In this document: piece after piece, positions 58,691 through 64,000 of the stretch
How the letters are laid out: each line of letters begins with the position of its first letter
Numbering within the stretch: the stretch's first letter is position 1
Assembly (NCBI GenBank): GCA_963675665.1
Contig: OY776510.1
Span: forward strand, 288,001 to 352,000
DNA length: 64,000 nucleotides
Source of the DNA: Spirochaetia bacterium
GTDB taxonomy: Bacteria > Spirochaetota > Spirochaetia > UBA9216
Direction: 5' to 3'
The notes under the pieces: generated by a model
Seen by the model: the letters and a program-made list of their open reading frames with translations, nothing else
Told to the model about the DNA's origin: nothing
Database searches by the model: none
Translations under genes and position numbers: made by a program

Positions 58691-59650
58691 TTACTTCAGG
58701 ATTCCAACTTCTTTGAAGTATCTGGCCGCACCGGGATGAAGGTCGACCGGCATCCCCTTGAGAGCGTTCTCTAAAGTAATCTGACTTCCAACCGCATGAG
58801 AAGCCTTGACCCGATCCAGATTTTCGAATATTGCTTTTACCAATTTATAAGCCACTTCTTCATCCATACTCTTATCAACGCAGAGCATGGCCTTTACGCT
58901 TATCATTTCAACATCTTCTGTTTGTCCTCTATATGTATTAGCAGGCAGTACATATTCAGCAAAGAAAGGATATTCTTTGATAACTTGATCTCTTAATTCG
59001 CCATCGATAGGGACAACATGCAATTCATGTTGAGCAGCAATATCCTGCATAATAGCAGCAGGAGCGCCTATAGTATTCATGAATGCATCAATTACCCCGT
59101 CTTTCAATGCAGCTGCTGCATCGGTATGCTGAAGAGTATACTTCTTAATATCTTCATCGATATCCATTCCAGCCACTCTGAAAAGTTGTTTACAGTTTTC
59201 AGTGATTATACTGCCAATTCCACCAACCGAAACCCTTTTACCTCTTAAATCATATATTGAATTGATATTTTTATCCAAGGTTACTACATGAAAAGGTTCT
59301 ACATGCATTGTAAAAAGCCCTCTCACATCTTCATATTTGTTGATTCCCGCTTTTCCTTGTACCGCATAGAATACAGCATCATTCTGATTCAAGCTGGCTT
59401 CAATTTGGCCTTCTTTCATAAGATTCAGATTGGCAACTGAACATCCAGTACTTTGTGCGGTTGCGTTGATTCCTTCTATACTTGTATTCCAAATATCCGC
59501 AAACCCTCCGCCGATTGGGAAATACGTACCTGATGTTCCGCATGTCCCGAGATTGATGAAAACAACATCATCCTGCTGTCCGGTAGAATGAACATACCCG
59601 ATAAAAAGCATGAACATTAATGCCAAACATAATAAAAACCTCTTTTTCAT
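58691..59650 (-). CDS. TAXI-family TRAP solute-binding protein
   Basis: GT.GT.GTYFPIGG, ST..S..N, DL.GKRVSVG..GS and LHPGAARYFKE. Confidence 0.93.
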   Translation of the reverse strand: MKKRFLLCLALMFMLFIGYVHSTGQQDDVVFINLGTCGTSGTYFPIGGGFADIWNTSIEGINATAQSTGCSVANLNLMKEGQIEASLNQNDAVFYAVQGKAGINKYEDVRGLFTMHVEPFHVVTLDKNINSIYDLRGKRVSVGGIGSIITENCKQLFRVAGMDIDEDIKKYTLQHTDAAAALKDGVIDAFMNTIGAPAAIMQDIAAQHELHVVPIDGELRDQVIKEYPFFAEYVLPANTYRGQTEDVEMISVKAMLCVDKSMDEEVAYKLVKAIFENLDRVKASHAVGSQITLENALKGMPVDLHPGAARYFKEVGILK

Positions 59651-59674
59651 TTTCCATCTCCTAATTAATATATT

Positions 59675-59723
59675 TTGGTATTACCAGATACCATATTATA
59701 ACTTAAGAATATTTTCTTGACAA
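59675..59723 (-). promoter_or_regulatory. Promoter TTGTCA-N17-TATAAT with a FadR-type operator
   Basis: TGGTATTACCA (59676-59686) just downstream of the -10. Confidence 0.75.
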
Positions 59724-59781
59724 GTTCTTTATCAAACAGAAAAAACTCATTAACGCTGCCTTGAAGATCCCTTATCACAAC

Positions 59782-61128
59782 CTATTTTAAAAGTTTGTCA
59801 GAAGCTGCGTTTAACCCTTCTTTCAGGATTTTTATCAAATTTAAAATCTCTTCTTCCGTAACATTTAAAGGTGGCGCGATCAACAGGTTATCTCCTCCAG
59901 CCCCCCTGTTTACCATACCCATATACGGATACACTATTAGTCCCCTTTCAGCACACTCTTGTGTTACTACAGATGAAGCTTTTACTGAAATTGGAAATGT
60001 CTCTTTTGTCGAAGCATCAGCCACAATTTCTATTCCATACATCAAACCAATCCCACGAATATCACCAACGATTGGAATACTTTTTAGTTTTGAAAGTTCT
60101 TTGTTCAGTAATTGTCCCTGCACTTCAACATTCTCAATAATTTTATTAGCTCTAATGTACTTTACAACTTCAACTATAGCTGCAGCCGTTACTGGATTCG
60201 CATTGTATGTGTGCCCATGCATAAAATGCCCACTTCCGATTTTAATTGCATTCATTATTTCATCACGTATAATAACACCTCCGGCAGGCGAATATCCCGC
60301 TGTTATTCCTTTAGCAGAAGTGATAATGTCGGGAACAATATCCCAATGATTTACACAGAACTCTTTACCTGTCCGTCCCATTCCTGTCATAATCTCGTCT
60401 GCAATCAGAAGAATATCGTTCTCAGTGCATATTTTTCTAACCAGTGGCCAGTATTCATCCGGAGGCCTTAAAGCACCGACAGCCGACCCTACAACAGGTT
60501 CGGCTATGAATGCTGCAATATTTTCTGACCCATAAGAGTTTATTGTTTTCTGAAGTTCCTCGGCACACATCAAATTACAGCCTGGATATTCTTTTTCATA
60601 AGGACATCTATAACAATAATGTTCAGGTATCTTCGGATGATCCATAAACATTGGAGAAAATATTTTTCTTCTGGGGATATTCCCGCTTACTGCCATACAG
60701 CCTATTGTTGAACCGTGATACGAATTCCATCTTCCTATAATCAGACGTTTTCCATATGACATTTTATCCCGCTCACAGTAATATTGTCTTGCCAATTTTA
60801 TAGCTGACTCAATCGCCTCACTCCCCCCACTTACAAACCATATATGATTCATGCCATCGGGAGCAAATTCCGCTAACAGACTCGCCGCTTCTTCAGTCTT
60901 CTTGTTTCTCCATCTTGACGGATGAGCAAAGTTTATAGTTTTTAGTTGTTCATACATTGCTTCAATAATTTCCGAAACGCCATAACCCAGATTGTTTACA
61001 AGAGCTCCGCTACATCCATCGAAATACCTTTTACCGTCTTCATCAATAATATATTTTCCTTCAGCACGTATTGCCAATTTTATATCTGCGTTGTAGTTGC
61101 GCGGTATGTTCTGCCCTTTTTCTTTCAA
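59782..61128 (-). CDS. Class III PLP-dependent aminotransferase
   Basis: SGGSEA.E.A.K, SYHG, FIAEP, ADEIMTGMGRTG, AKG and HGHTY; TTG start at 61128 after AAGGAG. Confidence 0.92.
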   Translation of the reverse strand: MKEKGQNIPRNYNADIKLAIRAEGKYIIDEDGKRYFDGCSGALVNNLGYGVSEIIEAMYEQLKTINFAHPSRWRNKKTEEAASLLAEFAPDGMNHIWFVSGGSEAIESAIKLARQYYCERDKMSYGKRLIIGRWNSYHGSTIGCMAVSGNIPRRKIFSPMFMDHPKIPEHYCYRCPYEKEYPGCNLMCAEELQKTINSYGSENIAAFIAEPVVGSAVGALRPPDEYWPLVRKICTENDILLIADEIMTGMGRTGKEFCVNHWDIVPDIITSAKGITAGYSPAGGVIIRDEIMNAIKIGSGHFMHGHTYNANPVTAAAIVEVVKYIRANKIIENVEVQGQLLNKELSKLKSIPIVGDIRGIGLMYGIEIVADASTKETFPISVKASSVVTQECAERGLIVYPYMGMVNRGAGGDNLLIAPPLNVTEEEILNLIKILKEGLNAASDKLLK

Positions 61129-61150
61129 ATTAAACTCCTTAATCGTGTTT

Positions 61151-61197
61151 TTGGTATTACCGGATACAATCATACTACAATGCTTACATTTTATCAA
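61151..61197 (-). promoter_or_regulatory. Promoter TTGATA-N17-TATGAT with a FadR-type operator
   Basis: TTGGTATTACCGGATACAAT (61151-61170), 18/20 identical to the site at 59675-59694. Confidence 0.75.
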
Positions 61198-61707
61198 GAA
61201 AAACATTATAAGATTTCACATAACTATAAAAAGTTTCAAATGCTGGGCAGGTCACTTATTTTCAGGATGCAGCCTTATAGCATAAACCTAAATGAAATTA
61301 TTTGTTTTTTTAAAAAAAGCATAAGAATTTCTACTTTTTGCAATCATTTCAACTCATTTAATGAAAATGATCTTATCGTCCTTAGATAATTCAAAAAGAG
61401 TGTATGCAAACACATTAATGACGAATAAAGGGACATTAAAATATCTTCCGGGAAACATTTTGAAATCAGGGTAGTGCCAAGTTTTTACATCTGAGAGAAA
61501 TAAACTTTATAAAAAAAGTAACCCCGTTTTAAAAAGTTTTGACTGATAATGAAGCAAGCCTGCCGGACAGCTCTTGCCCGGATTAACAAAGTGCCGGGTT
61601 TTTTATGATCTTCCTTGAAGAACAATCTGAAAATTATAAGTAACCAAAAGGAGCTCAATCAGCTGACATAACTAGTTTTTTAAATTGTTATTAAATTTAA
61701 AATATAT

Positions 61708-62418
61708 TTATTTTTGTCTTTTTTTTGTCAGTAGAGAAATTCTTTCAAAATTCTTCATATGTTTCTCCATCTCAACTGCAGCGCCTTCAATATCCTTGTT
61801 TACAATCCGCTTCAGTATAGCTTTATGGCTTTTCGCTGAAGCTTCGGTTCTTCCGGGAAGGATATTGCTGAATTCAACAAAACTTTCTATCAAATTGGAA
61901 AATAGTGTATAAATCAATTCCAGGAAAGTATTCTGCGTTGAATGAATGATTTCCATATGAAATTCTATATCAAGCTTTGAAATCTTTTTTCTATTCGTCA
62001 CATTTTCATCCATTCCTTCGATGATTTCCTGAAGTTTTTTGACGTTCTCATCTGTTCTGTTCGCTGCGGCTAATTTTGCAGATTGTATTTCTATTATTCT
62101 CCGAAATTCTGCAATTTTCTCGATTTCGTATTTATCTTTATTCCTTGCATAATACAGTTTAAAAACCTCAGAAATATTATCGACTTCTATTTGCTGTATA
62201 TATGTTCCGCTGCCTGGCTGTGTCTCAAGCAGACCTTTTGCATTCAGTATATTAAGTGCCTCTCTAATAACGGTTCGGCTGACATTGAATTTTTCACATA
62301 ATTCTCTTTCAGTAGCCAGCCTGCTTCCAGTTGCCAATTCCCCTTTCAAATATAACTCTTCTATTTGATTTGCAACCTGATACGATAATTTATCCTGCCT
62401 GAAAACCGGTTCATACAT
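61708..62418 (-). CDS. FadR-subfamily GntR regulator
   Basis: G.RL..EREL...F.VSR..IREA HTH; GSGTY; FCD domain. Confidence 0.92.
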   Translation of the reverse strand: MYEPVFRQDKLSYQVANQIEELYLKGELATGSRLATERELCEKFNVSRTVIREALNILNAKGLLETQPGSGTYIQQIEVDNISEVFKLYYARNKDKYEIEKIAEFRRIIEIQSAKLAAANRTDENVKKLQEIIEGMDENVTNRKKISKLDIEFHMEIIHSTQNTFLELIYTLFSNLIESFVEFSNILPGRTEASAKSHKAILKRIVNKDIEGAAVEMEKHMKNFERISLLTKKRQK

Positions 62419-62611
62419 TTATAGCTCCTTGAAAATCCTATCTTATTACACAAATAATGTTTCATATAATTTGGTATTATATATTACCAGAAACATGTTT
62501 ATACTTCAACACTGAATTTTCTGCTTCTTGTACATATTAAAATTCAGCAAATCTAACCAATATTATTCTATAACCGACACTTTTCATAAACCTTGTTTTT
62601 TAAATTGTTAA

Positions 62612-62648
62612 TTGACAAATATATTACTTTTATATATGTTATATATAA
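62612..62648 (+). promoter_or_regulatory. Promoter/operator of the LeuA-like gene
   Basis: TTGACA-N17-TATGTT; near-identical to the TRAP permease promoter. Confidence 0.7.
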
Positions 62649-62670
62649 CAGAATAAGGAGGAAAATCCAC

Positions 62671-63885
62671 ATGAAAAATTATTACCGTAAAAAGGACGCA
62701 TGGTGGGTAAGCCCATACAATTACTACCATGAAGTAATCGGAGAATTCTCTATTCCTGACAAGGTTTCAATACACGATGCGACGCTAAGGGATGGTGAGC
62801 AAACACCGGGAGTGGTATTCAGACCCGAAGATAAAATTAGTATAGCAAAGAAGTTATCATCCGTCGGGGTTGAAAGAATAGAAGCCGGAATGCCTGCTGT
62901 TTCACAAGATGACTATAAATCAATACAGGAAATTACCAAGCTGGGTTTGAATTCAAAAATTTACTCATTTGCCAGAGCTCTCAATTCAGATATTGACAAA
63001 GCCGTCGAATGCGGAGTTGACGGTGTGGTTCTTGAAGTGCCAATCGGTTATCCTAAACTAAAATATCAATTCAACTGGACATGGGAGGATGTTTTTAAAA
63101 AGAGTGCCGATGTAATCAACTATGCGAAGAGTAAAAATCTTGAAGTTGTCTATTTCCCCTATGATACAACAAGAGCAAGAGAAGAAGATATAGACCAGCT
63201 TCTGTATAACATTATGAAATTCTCACCTCCTGATTCTATAGGCGTAGTAGACACAATGGGCTGTGCTTTACCTCAAGCTATTGTTTACCTCGTAAAAAAA
63301 TTCAAGGATATGACAAATCTCCCCATAGAGATACATACCCATAACGATTTCGGAATGGCGGTTGCTACGGAACTCATGGCTGTCACCGCAGGTGCCGAGG
63401 TAATACATTCTTGTGTAAACGGGTTGGGAGAAAGAACCGGCAACGCTGCACTTGAAGAATTAATGATCTGCCTTCATATCCTCCTGGGAATAAAAACCAA
63501 TTACAAGTTCGATCAGCTGATGGAACTTTCCGATCTTGTCCGCAGGCTTAGTAAAACAGATTATGCAAAAAATAAACCGGTTGTTGGTGAACGAAATTTC
63601 ACAAGAGAATCGGGAATAGGCATAGATCTCGTTATAAACCAACCCCTCGCAATGTTCGGCACTTCACCAAGCTTTACAGGAAGAAAAGGCGATATAGTTC
63701 TGGGGAAAAAAAGCGGGAAATTATCAGTCGAATACTTTCTAAAGAAACATGGATATGAAAATGATATCGATGATACTATAAAAAACACAATTTTAGAGGA
63801 AATAAAAAAACTCGGCATCAAGAAACAGGGGCTCTTAACTGATGGAGAATTCGACAGTATAGTAAAAAAAATTCTTGAAAAGTAA
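62671..63885 (+). CDS. LeuA/homocitrate-synthase-like DRE-TIM (HMGL-like) enzyme without a regulatory domain
   Basis: DATLRDGEQ, HTHNDFG and GLGERTGNA; AAGGAGG RBS before ATG 62671. Confidence 0.88.
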   Translation: MKNYYRKKDAWWVSPYNYYHEVIGEFSIPDKVSIHDATLRDGEQTPGVVFRPEDKISIAKKLSSVGVERIEAGMPAVSQDDYKSIQEITKLGLNSKIYSFARALNSDIDKAVECGVDGVVLEVPIGYPKLKYQFNWTWEDVFKKSADVINYAKSKNLEVVYFPYDTTRAREEDIDQLLYNIMKFSPPDSIGVVDTMGCALPQAIVYLVKKFKDMTNLPIEIHTHNDFGMAVATELMAVTAGAEVIHSCVNGLGERTGNAALEELMICLHILLGIKTNYKFDQLMELSDLVRRLSKTDYAKNKPVVGERNFTRESGIGIDLVINQPLAMFGTSPSFTGRKGDIVLGKKSGKLSVEYFLKKHGYENDIDDTIKNTILEEIKKLGIKKQGLLTDGEFDSIVKKILEK

Positions 63886-64000
63886 ATATATTGATTCTTC
63901 AATAATCGAACCAGGATTAATTGTATATACAGTTAAACAATTATATTTATCTTTTTTAATCAATTGTTCTGGTTCTAATTTTTATACGTTAGGGTTTTCG

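Noticed and set aside
61207-61707. Small gene or RNA in the 500-bp AT-rich spacer
   Set aside because: Only short ORFs without RBS and one weak hairpin; nothing supportable

Overview
Chromosomal segment of a spirochaete-like anaerobe. The assignment is inferred from the flgM-rsmI and rlmE/polyprenyl-synthase gene pairs, 'GGQQE'-type binding-protein N-termini and a BMP lipoprotein. 1-10 kb: housekeeping genes (flgM, rsmI, add, SMUG1-type UDG, polyprenyl synthase, rlmE, NlpC/P60, asnA), a 17-bp hairpin tandem repeat and a possible small RNA. 10-16 kb: pyrimidine cluster pyrD-pyrK-pyrC-pyrE::pyrF-pyrB-pyrI, with a eukaryote-like fused UMP synthase and a U8 terminator overlapping the pyrD stop (candidate attenuator). 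16-32 kb: surface proteins (lamin-tail, LVIVD/FN3, transglutaminase-TPR), two DUF4230-like genes, a hybrid kinase and regulator, patatin, GH1 and HAD. 33-47.6 kb is the most novel block. It sits between a nucleoside ABC transporter and a BMP lipoprotein and encodes a sugar ABC transporter, a RhaM-type mutarotase, four URO-D/MtaA-fold proteins, two LacI paralogues and an AraC regulator whose sensor is a signal-less paralogue of the transporter's binding protein. 52.6-64 kb: an AT-rich catabolic island (two GntR regulators, TAXI-TRAP, class III aminotransferase, Ldh_2 dehydrogenase, LeuA-like enzyme) with two readable operator families and an intact IS4 element. No rRNA, tRNA or CRISPR array was seen. 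All family calls come from motif recognition by eye, not from database searches.
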